NCBI GenBank assembly: GCA_964597275.1 | Contig: CAZQXS010000002.1 | Location: forward strand, 191 to 64,190 | Direction: 5' to 3' | Origin: an uncultured Pseudomonadota bacterium | GTDB lineage: Bacteria; SAR324; NAC60-12 | Length of the DNA: 64,000 bases | Shown here: one piece after another, positions 36,220-45,490 of the stretch | How positions within the stretch are numbered: the first letter of the stretch is position 1 | How the letters are laid out: each line of letters starts with the position of its first letter | Position numbers and translations under genes: made by a program | The notes under the pieces: model-generated | The model's input: only the letters and a program-made list of their open reading frames with translations | What the model was told of the DNA's origin: nothing | Databases searched by the model: none

Positions 36220-36956
36220 GCGACCGCCTTTCCGCCGTTGACCTCCACCAGTGCCCCACACATGTAGCGCGACTGCTCCGAGGCCAGAAATCGCACCACG
36301 TCGGCGATGTCCTCTGGCTCCGCGATCCGGCCCAGCGGCACTGAGGCGTTCAGTTCTGAAACGGCACGATCCGGGTCAAGTCCGCGAATCTCGAATCCCG
36401 TCCGCAGCATCGGCGTGTTGACCTCGTTGGGGCAGACGGCGTTGACCCGGATGCCCTGATGCGCATGGTCCTTGCCCAAGCACTGCGTCAAGGAGGCCAG
36501 CGCCGCCTTGGACATGCAGTAGAGCGGATGGTTCGGCCCCGGATAGACCCCCCAGCACGATGCGACGTTGACAATGGCCCCGCCACCCCGCTCGGCAAGC
36601 ATCGGAATCGCCGCCCGGCAAATGCGAAACGGCGCTTCGACATTGACGGTCACCGAAAGCTGGAAATCCTCGTCGCTGGCTTCCGTCACCGGACCACGGC
36701 GGATGATGCCCGCGTTGTTGACCACGATGTCCAGCCCGCCCAAAGCTTCCACCGCTCGCTGCGGCAGGGCATCGCAATAGTCCGGATCAGACAAATCACC
36801 CGGAAGCTTCACATCCCCGGCAATTTCCCCTGCGTGTTGGTCCGCTCCGGCGACCGCCGCACCGGACGCAGACAGGGCTTTCACAATCGCCTGCCCAATG
36901 CCGCCCGCTGCACCCGTGACCAACGCCTTCTTTCCGGACAAATCTATCAAGTCCAT
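36216..36956 (-). CDS. short-chain dehydrogenase/reductase (SDR)
   Basis: MDLIDLSGKKALVTGAAGGIG, NNAG, YCMSK. 4-bp overlap with the downstream SDR gene (tandem pair). Confidence 0.85.
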   Translation of the reverse strand: MDLIDLSGKKALVTGAAGGIGQAIVKALSASGAAVAGADQHAGEIAGDVKLPGDLSDPDYCDALPQRAVEALGGLDIVVNNAGIIRRGPVTEASDEDFQLSVTVNVEAPFRICRAAIPMLAERGGGAIVNVASCWGVYPGPNHPLYCMSKAALASLTQCLGKDHAHQGIRVNAVCPNEVNTPMLRTGFEIRGLDPDRAVSELNASVPLGRIAEPEDIADVVRFLASEQSRYMCGALVEVNGGKAVA

Positions 36957-37122
36957 CCTCTTCCTCTTTTTACCAATTCAAGCACACTTATTTCTTCTGA
37001 AAAAACACGGCTCCATCTTGATCTTTCGGATTCTCTGAGGCAAGGTGAAACGCTCTCTTTTTTGCGACGGGCGGAGAGTGCCTCCGCCCGATGCCATTCA
37101 TTCTTTCCACCACCGGACTGTC

Positions 37123-38670
37123 ATGAGCGCATCCCGTCCGCGCAAACGCGGAGGCAGCGAGGCCCGCCGCCGTTTCACTGCCGAGCGCCGTGATCCCATG
37201 CTGGGAACCCTCTCCCGCAACCTGCCGATTGTCGAACCGCTGGATCCGGAGCAGGTCGAGCGCATTGACCACGAATCCATGCGCATCCTCGAAGAGGTCG
37301 GCGTGATCTTCCGCGACCCGATTGCGCTGGAGGACTGGAAGCAGGCAGGAGCGAGAGTGGATGGCGAGCGCGTGTACTTTGATCGAGGGCACATCCGGGA
37401 GCTGATTGCCAGCATTCCCTCCAACATCACGCTCCACGCCCGCGATCCCAAAAAGACCGTCCAACTTGGCGGTCCGCACTCGATCTTCGTGCCAATGACC
37501 GGAGCGCCCTACTTGCGCGACTTGGAGGACGTGCGGCGCAATCCGACGCTGGAGGACTTGGCGACCTTCCACAAGCTCTGCCAGATGCTGCCTGCGATTC
37601 ACTCCTCTGCGCATCACATCGTGGAACCGATGGACCATCCGGTGCCGCATCGCCACCTGCGCATCACCTACTCGTCCATGAAGCACTCGGACAAGACCTT
37701 CATGGGCATGACCACCTCCGGGAAGAACGCCGAGGATGTTCTGGACCTGTGCGCAATCCTCTTCGGTGCGGATTTTCTGGAAGAGCATCCGGTGGTGACG
37801 GGCAACATCAACGGCAACTCGCCGCTCGTCTGGGACGCGACCATGCTCGGTGCGCTGCGGGCCTTTTCCCGGCGCAACCAGTCGGTGCTGTGTTCGCCGT
37901 TCGTGCTGGGCGGGGCAAACACCCCGGCTTCTGTGGTTCCCTCGGTGGTGCAACTCAACGCCGAGGCGCTTTCCGCGCTGGCCTACACGCAGGTGGTGCG
38001 CAAGGGCACCCCGGCGATTTACGGGCACTACCTCTCCACCGTCTCCATGCAGTCTGGCGCACCGATGGCCGGGACTCCGGAAATCTCGCTGATGAACTTC
38101 ATGATCGGGCAGCTGGCACGGTTCTACGACGTGCCGTGGCGCACCTCCAACACGCTCGGCGGGGCAAAGACCTTCGATGCCCAGGCCGGCTACGAAAGCG
38201 CCTCGACGCTGATGGCGGTCCTGCTTGCCGGAGCGCACTACCTCTGGCATTCTGCTGGGTGGAACGAAGCCGGAATGCACTGCTCAATTGCCAAGTTTGT
38301 CGTGGATGCCGAACAGTGCGCAATGGGCTACCGCATGACCGAAGGCCCACGCTGGGACGACTTTGACGAGGCGCTGGCCGCCGTCCGCGACATCGGCCCC
38401 GGCGGACACTACCTCGGCCATCCGCACACGCTGGCCAACTTCGAGCGGGCCTTCTTCATGCCCCAACTCTTTGACAACAACTCCATCGAGCAGTGGAAGG
38501 CCGAAGGCTCCAAGGAAATCACGGAACGGGCACTGGGCTACGCCAAGAAATTGCTGCGCGACTACGAAGAGCCTAAACTGGATCAAGCCGTCAACGAGGC
38601 ACTGCTGGACTACATCGCCCGCCGCGAACGGGAAATCCCGGAAGATCAGGGCTTGAATGAAACCTATTAA
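37123..38670 (+). CDS. MttB-superfamily methyltransferase homologue (no in-frame amber codon), paralogue 2
   Basis: Start at MSASRPRKRGGSEARRRF... (Met27 of ORF 37045..38670), chosen by alignment with paralogue 1. Shared motifs (…GHYLGHP…TL..…) with 16667..18253. Confidence 0.8.
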   Translation: MSASRPRKRGGSEARRRFTAERRDPMLGTLSRNLPIVEPLDPEQVERIDHESMRILEEVGVIFRDPIALEDWKQAGARVDGERVYFDRGHIRELIASIPSNITLHARDPKKTVQLGGPHSIFVPMTGAPYLRDLEDVRRNPTLEDLATFHKLCQMLPAIHSSAHHIVEPMDHPVPHRHLRITYSSMKHSDKTFMGMTTSGKNAEDVLDLCAILFGADFLEEHPVVTGNINGNSPLVWDATMLGALRAFSRRNQSVLCSPFVLGGANTPASVVPSVVQLNAEALSALAYTQVVRKGTPAIYGHYLSTVSMQSGAPMAGTPEISLMNFMIGQLARFYDVPWRTSNTLGGAKTFDAQAGYESASTLMAVLLAGAHYLWHSAGWNEAGMHCSIAKFVVDAEQCAMGYRMTEGPRWDDFDEALAAVRDIGPGGHYLGHPHTLANFERAFFMPQLFDNNSIEQWKAEGSKEITERALGYAKKLLRDYEEPKLDQAVNEALLDYIARREREIPEDQGLNETY

Positions 38671-38757
38671 GACACGACTTTCCTTGTGCCTGCATAAGGC
38701 CTTGTTTAATGTGTAATTACACATTAAAGTAAGTCAACCCTTCTCCTAGAGGAGAAC

Positions 38758-38937
38758 ATGACCAAACGCGAACTTCTGAAGGTGCTTAAGAAGGCGGGAT
38801 GGCAGCTCATCCGAGAAGGAAAGCACGAAGTGTAGGGAAAGGACGGGCAAACGATTCCGATCCCAAGACACAAGGGGGACATTCCGGTTGGGACAGCCAA
38901 CAACATCCTCAAGCGAGCCGGAATCAAGCAGAGCTAG
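38758..38937 (+). pseudogene. hicA: hicA toxin gene inactivated by an amber nonsense mutation (TAG at 38821-38823)
   Basis: Manual translation: MTKRELLKVLKKAGWQLIREGKHEV*GKDGQTIPIPRHKGDIPVGTANNILKRAGIKQS*. Matches the HicA consensus (GSHHvY..DG...tiP.H.gKDi..GTl..ILKQAGI). The stop replaces the conserved aromatic (Tyr). Confidence 0.6.
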
Positions 38938-38957
38938 CGAGCTACGAAAAAAGGATT

Positions 38958-39347
38958 ATGGAATACTTCAATGCGGTTTTCACAGAAGAAGACGCTTCTG
39001 TTTTAGTCTCGATTCCTGATGTGGAAATCTGTGAGACGTTCGGGGGTTGTTGGGAGGAAGCCTACGAAAATGCGGTGGATGCCCTCGCTGCCTGCCTATC
39101 GGTTCCAGAAACGATCGTTCATGCCAAGAGTTCGCTCGACCTATTGCAATCGAAGCACCCAGACGCTCAGATTATCCCGATTCCGGTGGACGAGAAAATC
39201 AAGCAGTCCTACGAACAAACCAAGCGGTTTAACGTGATTTTCCCTCAGAGCTTGCTGACTGCTGTTGATGAGTACCGAGCCAAAACAGGCTGGAAGCGCT
39301 CCGCATTTTTGGCGGTTGCCGCTAAGGAGTATATTGAATCTCACTAA
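38958..39347 (+). CDS. hicB: HicB-family antitoxin with C-terminal ribbon-helix-helix
   Basis: MEYFNAVFTEEDASVLVSIPDVEICETFGGCWEEAYENAVDAL... plus C-terminal RHH (FNVIFPQSLLTAVDEYRAKTGWKRSAFLAVAAKEYI). Low-GC region. The ORF track's 38799 start is an upstream read-through. Confidence 0.65.
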   Translation: MEYFNAVFTEEDASVLVSIPDVEICETFGGCWEEAYENAVDALAACLSVPETIVHAKSSLDLLQSKHPDAQIIPIPVDEKIKQSYEQTKRFNVIFPQSLLTAVDEYRAKTGWKRSAFLAVAAKEYIESH

Positions 39348-39361
39348 AACCAAGGAGATCT

Positions 39362-40267
39362 GTGCAATTTGAAGGAATCTACACCCCGATCATCACGCCG
39401 CACACGGAAGACGGGGCCATTGACAAGGAAGCCTTTGCGGAGGTGGCGGAGTACCTGATCGCCTCTGGAGTCCACTGCATCGTGGTGGGTGGCTCCACCG
39501 GAGAGTACTACGCCCAGACCAACGAGGAGCGCATCGAGTTGATGAATTTCGCCCGCGAGGTCATCAACCAGCGCACCCTGCTGATGGTCGGAACCGGAGC
39601 CACGCGCACGGAGGATTGCGTGATGTTCGCCAAGGCCGCCAAGGAGTCGGGGGCGGATTTTCTGCTGATCAACTCCCCGCCGTATGCCGTGCCGACCGAT
39701 CTGGAGAACGCAATGCACGCGCTTCAGATTGACCGGGCCGCAAACCTGCCGATCATGCTCTACAACTATCCCGGACGCACCGGAACCCACATGGGCGAGG
39801 AGTTTCTGGACCGGGTGGGACGCTCGCCGAATTTCTGCGGCATCAAGGAAAGTTCCGGGGACATCAACCGCGTCCACCTGCTCGCCCGCGACTATCCGCA
39901 CATCGGACTGTGCTGCGGCATGGACGACCAAGCGCTGGAGTTCTTCGCGTGGGGAGCGCGGTGTTGGGTTTGCGCTGGCTCCAACTTCCTTCCCAAGGAA
40001 CACAACGCCCTCTACGAAGCCTGCGCCCTCGAAGGCGATTACACCAAGGGGCGGCGCATCATGTCAGCGCTGTTGCCTTTGATGCGCGTGCTGGAGCAGG
40101 GCGGAAAGTTCGTGCAGAGCGTCAAGTACGGCTGCGAGTTGGAAGGGCTGCGCCCCGGATCGCCGCGAGCGCCGCTACGCCCCCTCACCAAAGACGAGAA
40201 GCGCGAACTGGAGCAGGTGATTCGCACCCTGAAAACCACGATTTCCAACATCCTAGCGGAAGGCTGA
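39362..40267 (+). CDS. DapA/NAL-family class I aldolase/lyase (dihydrodipicolinate synthase family; e.g. pyrroline-hydroxy-carboxylate deaminase or keto-deoxy-acid aldolase)
   Basis: 301 aa; GSTGE motif, Schiff-base Lys in ...GIKESSGD..., TIM barrel length typical of the family. Confidence 0.8.
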   Translation: MQFEGIYTPIITPHTEDGAIDKEAFAEVAEYLIASGVHCIVVGGSTGEYYAQTNEERIELMNFAREVINQRTLLMVGTGATRTEDCVMFAKAAKESGADFLLINSPPYAVPTDLENAMHALQIDRAANLPIMLYNYPGRTGTHMGEEFLDRVGRSPNFCGIKESSGDINRVHLLARDYPHIGLCCGMDDQALEFFAWGARCWVCAGSNFLPKEHNALYEACALEGDYTKGRRIMSALLPLMRVLEQGGKFVQSVKYGCELEGLRPGSPRAPLRPLTKDEKRELEQVIRTLKTTISNILAEG

Positions 40268-40270
40268 TCC

Positions 40271-41788
40271 ATGTCTGATTTGTTGACTCACGAAGAATAT
40301 CTTGCGCTCGCCAAGAACCTCAGCTTCCCGAGCACCAGCTTTGTGGATGGCTCCTTCCGGGCGGCACAGTCCGGTAAGACCTTTCCTACGATCAATCCCG
40401 CCACGGGAGCAACGCTCGCCGAAGTCGCGGCGTGTGGTCCGGAAGATGTGGACTTCGCCGTGCAGAAAGCACGGGAGGCGTTTGACGACGGTCACTGGCG
40501 CTGCCAGCATCCGAACGAACGCAAGGAGGTGCTGATCCGGCTGGCCAAGTTGATTTCCCGAAATCGGCGGGAACTCGCCGTGATGGAAAGCCTCGACAGC
40601 GGCAAGCCGATCCGCGACTGCGAGACGATTGACGTTCCGGAGACAATCCACACGCTCAAGTGGCACGCGGAGCTGATTGACAAGCTCTACGACCAAACCG
40701 CCCCTGTGGGCGAGGATGCACTGGCGGTGATCAGCCGTGAGCCGATTGGCGTGGTTGGAGCCGTGTTGCCGTGGAACTTTCCGATGCTGATGCTGGCATG
40801 GAAGATCGGCCCTGCGCTTGCCGCCGGGAATTCCGTGATCGCCAAGCCCGCCGAACAGACTTCGCTGACCGCTCTGCGGATTGCCGAACTGACGATGGAG
40901 GCAGGGGTTCCTGCGGGAGTGCTGAACGTGCTGACCGGATTCGGCCCGGAGGTGGGCGAACCGCTCGGTCGGCATCCGAACGTGGACATGGTGAGCTTCA
41001 CCGGGTCCACCGAAACGGGGCGGCGCTTCCTGCACTACGCGGCGGACTCCAACCTCAAGAAGGTGGTGCTGGAGTGCGGCGGCAAGAACCCGTTCGTGGT
41101 CTTCGACGACGCGGAGGAACTCGACTTGATCGCCGAGCATGTCGTCAACGGAGCCTTCTGGAACATGGGAGAGAACTGCTCGGCGGCCTCCCGGCTGATT
41201 GTCCATGAGGCGGTCAAGCAGCCCCTGCTGGAACGCGTACTGGCCCGGGCCGGGGAATGGCGCACGGGCGATCCGCTCAATCCGGTCAACCAGCTTGGGG
41301 CGCTCGTGGATCAGGAACACTTCGACAAGGTCTGCTCCTATTTGGAGCAAGGCAAGACAGCGAAGGCAAAACTCATTTTGGGTGGCAGCGCGGTTGATGG
41401 CGTTTACGTCGAGCCGACTATCTTCGATGGGGTGTCCCCAGAAGCTTCGCTGGCCCGCGAGGAAATCTTCGGCCCGGTCCTCTCCGTCCTCACCGTCACC
41501 AGCAACGATGCCGCCATCGCTCTGGCAAACGACACCGATTATGGCCTGACCGCCTCGGTCTTTTCTGGAAACGCCAAACGCGCCCTCCGCGCCGCCCGCG
41601 CCCTGCGGGCCGGGACCGTCACCGTCAACTGCTACGGCGAAGGTGACATCACCACGCCTTTTGGCGGATACAAGCAGTCCGGCTTCGGCGGACGCGACAA
41701 TTCGATCCACGCCCACGACCAGTACACGGAACTCAAGACCATCTGGGTGGACCTCTCCGACCGAGCCGCTGGGGAGGCGGTGGAATGA
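40271..41788 (+). CDS. NAD(P)-dependent aldehyde dehydrogenase
   Basis: 505 aa; catalytic Cys in ...GENCSAASR..., Glu in LECGGKNP, GxGxxG-like FTGSTETG. Confidence 0.85.
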   Translation: MSDLLTHEEYLALAKNLSFPSTSFVDGSFRAAQSGKTFPTINPATGATLAEVAACGPEDVDFAVQKAREAFDDGHWRCQHPNERKEVLIRLAKLISRNRRELAVMESLDSGKPIRDCETIDVPETIHTLKWHAELIDKLYDQTAPVGEDALAVISREPIGVVGAVLPWNFPMLMLAWKIGPALAAGNSVIAKPAEQTSLTALRIAELTMEAGVPAGVLNVLTGFGPEVGEPLGRHPNVDMVSFTGSTETGRRFLHYAADSNLKKVVLECGGKNPFVVFDDAEELDLIAEHVVNGAFWNMGENCSAASRLIVHEAVKQPLLERVLARAGEWRTGDPLNPVNQLGALVDQEHFDKVCSYLEQGKTAKAKLILGGSAVDGVYVEPTIFDGVSPEASLAREEIFGPVLSVLTVTSNDAAIALANDTDYGLTASVFSGNAKRALRAARALRAGTVTVNCYGEGDITTPFGGYKQSGFGGRDNSIHAHDQYTELKTIWVDLSDRAAGEAVE

Positions 41789-41864
41789 CAAAAGAGCCTG
41801 GGGTGGAATGTCCACCCCAAAACCCAATCGGGACTTCCTGAACCCTAACCCATCCCATGCAATG

Positions 41865-42995
41865 TCCAATCGCTTGAAAAGTGTTCTGCTCCTTGTGCTT
41901 TTTGCATCCGTTGCATGCTCCAAGGCGGTGACCACCAGCAAAACGATCCCCATGCCAAGTGGGCCGATTGAGACGGTGAACCAGTGCCAAGTTCTGGACA
42001 CCCACACCTACTGCTTGTCCGCTCAAGCCCCGGCTCCTCCCGCGACACCCGGACCATGGGGAGAGCTTTCGGCCTACTCCCCTGAAGTGTTCTGTGCTTC
42101 TGACTTGCCCGCCAACATTTGTGACGAAATCACAACCGCCCTGCTGGCAGCGGCTGTAGAATGGGGGAACTATGGTCCACTGGAGTACTGGGTCTTGGGC
42201 ATTGACCAACCAGCGGCTCAGACCCTGACTAAGCTTTACTGTGGACGACGTGACCAGCGGGGACAGTTTGCCAAGGCCCGCTGCCTGCGGAGGCACAACA
42301 ACTCGCGACATGGATTTGAGTCCTATCGTGCAACCGGAGCAGAAGCCGTTGCCTCTGGCAGGCCCAGAGGAAGTGCGGGTCTGAATGGAAATCGTGACTG
42401 GGGAATTCATTTTTTCACATCGTCACTCCCCGTCGGGTTCACGGATCTGTTCAAGGTTCCGGGGGTCGAAGAGCAGAAGACGGTCTTTCACGAGTACTTT
42501 CATGCCGTGCAGCACTCACACATCCAAACCAAAGACCGGAACCAGCGGGATCAACTCCTTGGCCCGGTCTGGTTCAACGAAGGAGGTGCCGAGTACATGG
42601 CCCAAAAGGCGACCAAGAAGTTGCGAGAGTCTGGGGCACTCCCTGAATTGAACGAAACGGGCCGCTGGCCCTTTGTCTTCAAAGAAAAAATGCAGAGAAA
42701 GCTCAGGAAGGGTCTGAAAAAGCTGAAAAGCTGCTCTGGCCTACGGTTGCAGGACTTGACCTACGAGACACCTTGCAAAGGCGCCCACTACGATTTGGGA
42801 GCTTGGGCACATGCCTACCTTGACCATAAGTTCGGCTCGCAGGCATTGCTGGGAACCTTCTACCCCAGCCTCAACGAATTGGGCTGGGAGGGGGCGTTCA
42901 CGAAGGCTTACGGCATAACCTCCGAAGAGTTCTATACGGAGTTCGATCAATTTCTGAAGCTGCCGCTCAATCAGCAGATGGCGATCCTCCCCTAG
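41865..42995 (+). CDS. secreted/lipoprotein-like hypothetical protein with HExxH motif (putative zinc-dependent hydrolase)
   Basis: Start at MSNRLKSVLLLVLFASVAC (signal peptide with possible lipobox), taken instead of ORF start 41643, which overlaps the ALDH gene. HEYFHAVQH motif. Somewhat lower GC. Confidence 0.45.
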   Translation, partial: SNRLKSVLLLVLFASVACSKAVTTSKTIPMPSGPIETVNQCQVLDTHTYCLSAQAPAPPATPGPWGELSAYSPEVFCASDLPANICDEITTALLAAAVEWGNYGPLEYWVLGIDQPAAQTLTKLYCGRRDQRGQFAKARCLRRHNNSRHGFESYRATGAEAVASGRPRGSAGLNGNRDWGIHFFTSSLPVGFTDLFKVPGVEEQKTVFHEYFHAVQHSHIQTKDRNQRDQLLGPVWFNEGGAEYMAQKATKKLRESGALPELNETGRWPFVFKEKMQRKLRKGLKKLKSCSGLRLQDLTYETPCKGAHYDLGAWAHAYLDHKFGSQALLGTFYPSLNELGWEGAFTKAYGITSEEFYTEFDQFLKLPLNQQMAILP

Positions 42996-43062
42996 CCTAA
43001 GCGATTTTTCCACAGAGCGGCTAAATCCAGAGACGGCACGGAATCACACTTCATCAGAGACC

Positions 43063-44409
43063 ATGTCCCAATCCATCAAGGTCGGCAACATCAATCACGG
43101 CAACCCCGGGGTTTCGGGGTGGTACGCGATTCTTCCAGAGCCGGAGCCGCCCCGGATTTTGGAGGAAGCGATCACCGCCGGCTGGCTGGTGATCGGCGGT
43201 GGCTTTGCGGGGCTGTCGGCGGCCCGGCGGCTCCAGCAACTCCGGGAGGGAGAGCGCATCGTGTTACTGGACGCAATCCGCATCGGCGAGGGCAGTTCCG
43301 GGCGCAACTCCGGTTTCATGATTGATCTCCCCCACGACATCAGCACGGACAGCTACGCCGGAGCCGTGGAGCGCGATGTCCAGCAAACCCGGCAAAACCG
43401 CTACGCCATTGACTTTGCCGCCGGAGCCGCCGAGGAATACGGATTTGCGCAAGAGGTGTTCAATCCGTGCGGGAAGATCAACGCCGCCGCCAGTGAATCC
43501 GGAGATCAGCACAACCGGGAGTACGTGGAACACCTGAAGGCGATGGGGGAAGAGGCCACCTGGCTGGATGCGGCAGACATGAAGCGCATCACCGGAAGCG
43601 ACTACTACCTGAGTGGGCTACTCACGCCCAAAACGGTGACGATCCAGTCGGCGGCCTACGTCCGGGGCTTCGCGGCGGGGCTTTCCCCGCAGGTGGAGAT
43701 TTACGAAAACACGCCCGTGGTTGCGCTGGAGCGGCGCGATGGCGTTTGGACCGCACGCACACCGCAAGGCTCCGTCTCCGCACCCAAGGTGATCCTCAGC
43801 GTCAACGGACACCTCCAGAGCTTCGGCTTCCTCAAGCGGCGGCTGATGCACATCTTCCTCTACGCCTCGATGACCCGTGCCCTGAGCGAAGCAGAGATGC
43901 ACAAGCTTGGAGGCGAACCGAGTTGGGGCGTGGCTCCGGCCAATCCCTTCGGCTCGTCGGTCCGCAAGATTTCCGGGGTCGGCGGACACCGCATCCTGAC
44001 GCGCAACAAGTTCCACTTCTCGGCCTCGCTGGAAGCGTCCGAACGCGACATCCAGCGGGCGGTGCGGGATCACGACCGCAGCTTTCGGCGGCGCTTCCCG
44101 ATGCTCAAGGATGTGGAGATGGAATACCGCTGGGGCGGACGCTTGTGCCTGAGTTGGAATAGCGTCCCGGTGTTTGGCGAATTGGAAGAGGGACTGTTTG
44201 CGGCCTGCTGCCAAAACGGGCTGGGCGCATCCAAAGGCACACTCTCTGGAATGCTGGCGGCAGAATACGCCTCCGGGTTCGAGAACTCCTACATCAAGGA
44301 CTACCTCAACGAAGCCCAACCCACCCGTCTGCCTCCGGAGCCGTTTGCCACGATTGGTGCCACCGCCTACCTCAACTGGCAAGAGTGGCGGGCGGGGCTG
44401 GAAAAATGA
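43063..44409 (+). CDS. FAD-dependent oxidoreductase, PuuB/OrdL-like (gamma-glutamylputrescine oxidase / DAO family)
   Basis: N-terminus WYAILPEPE...VIGGGFAGLSAARRL...GSSGRNSGF is characteristic of the PuuB/OrdL branch of the DAO family. Confidence 0.75.
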   Translation: MSQSIKVGNINHGNPGVSGWYAILPEPEPPRILEEAITAGWLVIGGGFAGLSAARRLQQLREGERIVLLDAIRIGEGSSGRNSGFMIDLPHDISTDSYAGAVERDVQQTRQNRYAIDFAAGAAEEYGFAQEVFNPCGKINAAASESGDQHNREYVEHLKAMGEEATWLDAADMKRITGSDYYLSGLLTPKTVTIQSAAYVRGFAAGLSPQVEIYENTPVVALERRDGVWTARTPQGSVSAPKVILSVNGHLQSFGFLKRRLMHIFLYASMTRALSEAEMHKLGGEPSWGVAPANPFGSSVRKISGVGGHRILTRNKFHFSASLEASERDIQRAVRDHDRSFRRRFPMLKDVEMEYRWGGRLCLSWNSVPVFGELEEGLFAACCQNGLGASKGTLSGMLAAEYASGFENSYIKDYLNEAQPTRLPPEPFATIGATAYLNWQEWRAGLEK

Positions 44410-44449
44410 GCCGCCGCTGAACGGCTTAGAGTTCCGGGAGAATTCCGGC

Positions 44450-45485
44450 CTAGTAGAGTTCGCCCAACTGCTCTCGATAGGGTGTCAGGTCAAAGCCTTT
44501 TTCCTGAAGCCAGCCCTCATTGTAGTACGTCTCCAAGTAGCGTTCTCCGCCATCACAAATCATGGAGACGACACTGCCGTTCTCTCCGCGCTGGTTCAGT
44601 TCCGAGATGAGTTGGAAGGCCGCATAGACGTTGGTTCCGGTGGAGCCGCCGCATTTGCGGTTCAGGAGCTTTTCCAGAAAATGGATCGTGGCATAGGCGG
44701 CGGCATCCGGGACCTTGATCATCCGGTCAATGACCGAGGGGAGGAAGGAAGGCTCCACACGAGGCCGACCAATGCCCTCGATGTTGGAGGCTTTCCAGAA
44801 AGTCAGAGTGGAGTCTCCTGTTTGGAAAGCGTCATAAAACACCGAATTCTGAGGGTCCGGAACACAAAGCCGAGTCTGACGGCGCTTGTAGCGGAGGTAG
44901 CAGCCAATCGTGGCGGACGTTCCGCCCGTGCCCGCGCTGATCACGATCCAAGAGGGTTCGGCAAACCGTTCGCGCTGCATCTGCGTGAAGATGGACTCGG
45001 CGATGTTGTTGTTGCCCCGCCAGTCCGTCGCCCGTTCGGCAAAGGTGAACTGGTCCATGTAGTGTCCGTTTTGCGCTTTTGCCAACCTCGCGGCCTCCGA
45101 GTAGATGTCCTTGGCCTCCACAAAGTGGCACTGCCCATCATAAAAGTTGATCTGATCAATCTTCTCCTGCGAGGTGCCTTTGGGCATGACCGCGATGAAG
45201 GGTAAGCCGAAGTCTTGCGAAGTAGGCTTCGGAAACCGCCGTGCTGCCCGAAGAGGATTCGATGATCGGGGTGCCCTCGGAAATCAAGCCGTTGCAGAGT
45301 CCGTAGAGGAACAAGGAGCGGGCGAGGCGGTGCTTGAGGCTCCCCGTCGGATGGGTGGATTCATCCTTCAGGTAGAGGTCAACCTACTTGGCCGAGGGCA
45401 AGTCCACCCAGATGAGGTGGGTGTCCGACGAGCGTTGGAAATCCGCTTCAATCGTGGTGATCGCTTGGTTGACCCAATCTCTCAT
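44450..45485 (-). pseudogene. fold-type II PLP-dependent enzyme (Trp-synthase-beta superfamily, cysteine-synthase/threonine-dehydratase-like), disrupted by in-frame TAG and a frameshift
   Basis: Manual minus-strand translation from ATG at 45485: [67 protein letters not shown]...[21 protein letters not shown]-Lys motif SLKHR. Then a frame change near 45190 into ORF 44450..45187 ([12 protein letters not shown]...GGTSATIG...). Confidence 0.5.
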
Positions 45486-45490
45486 CCGAG

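Noticed and set aside
38799-39347. 182-aa ORF as called in the track
   Set aside because: The upstream 53 codons are an out-of-frame read-through of the hicA region. The homology-supported HicB begins at ATG 38958.
41643-41864. Upstream 74 codons of ORF 41643..42995 overlapping the ALDH 3' end
   Set aside because: This would overlap the well-supported ALDH gene by about 145 bp in another frame. The internal Met at 41865 begins a typical signal peptide.
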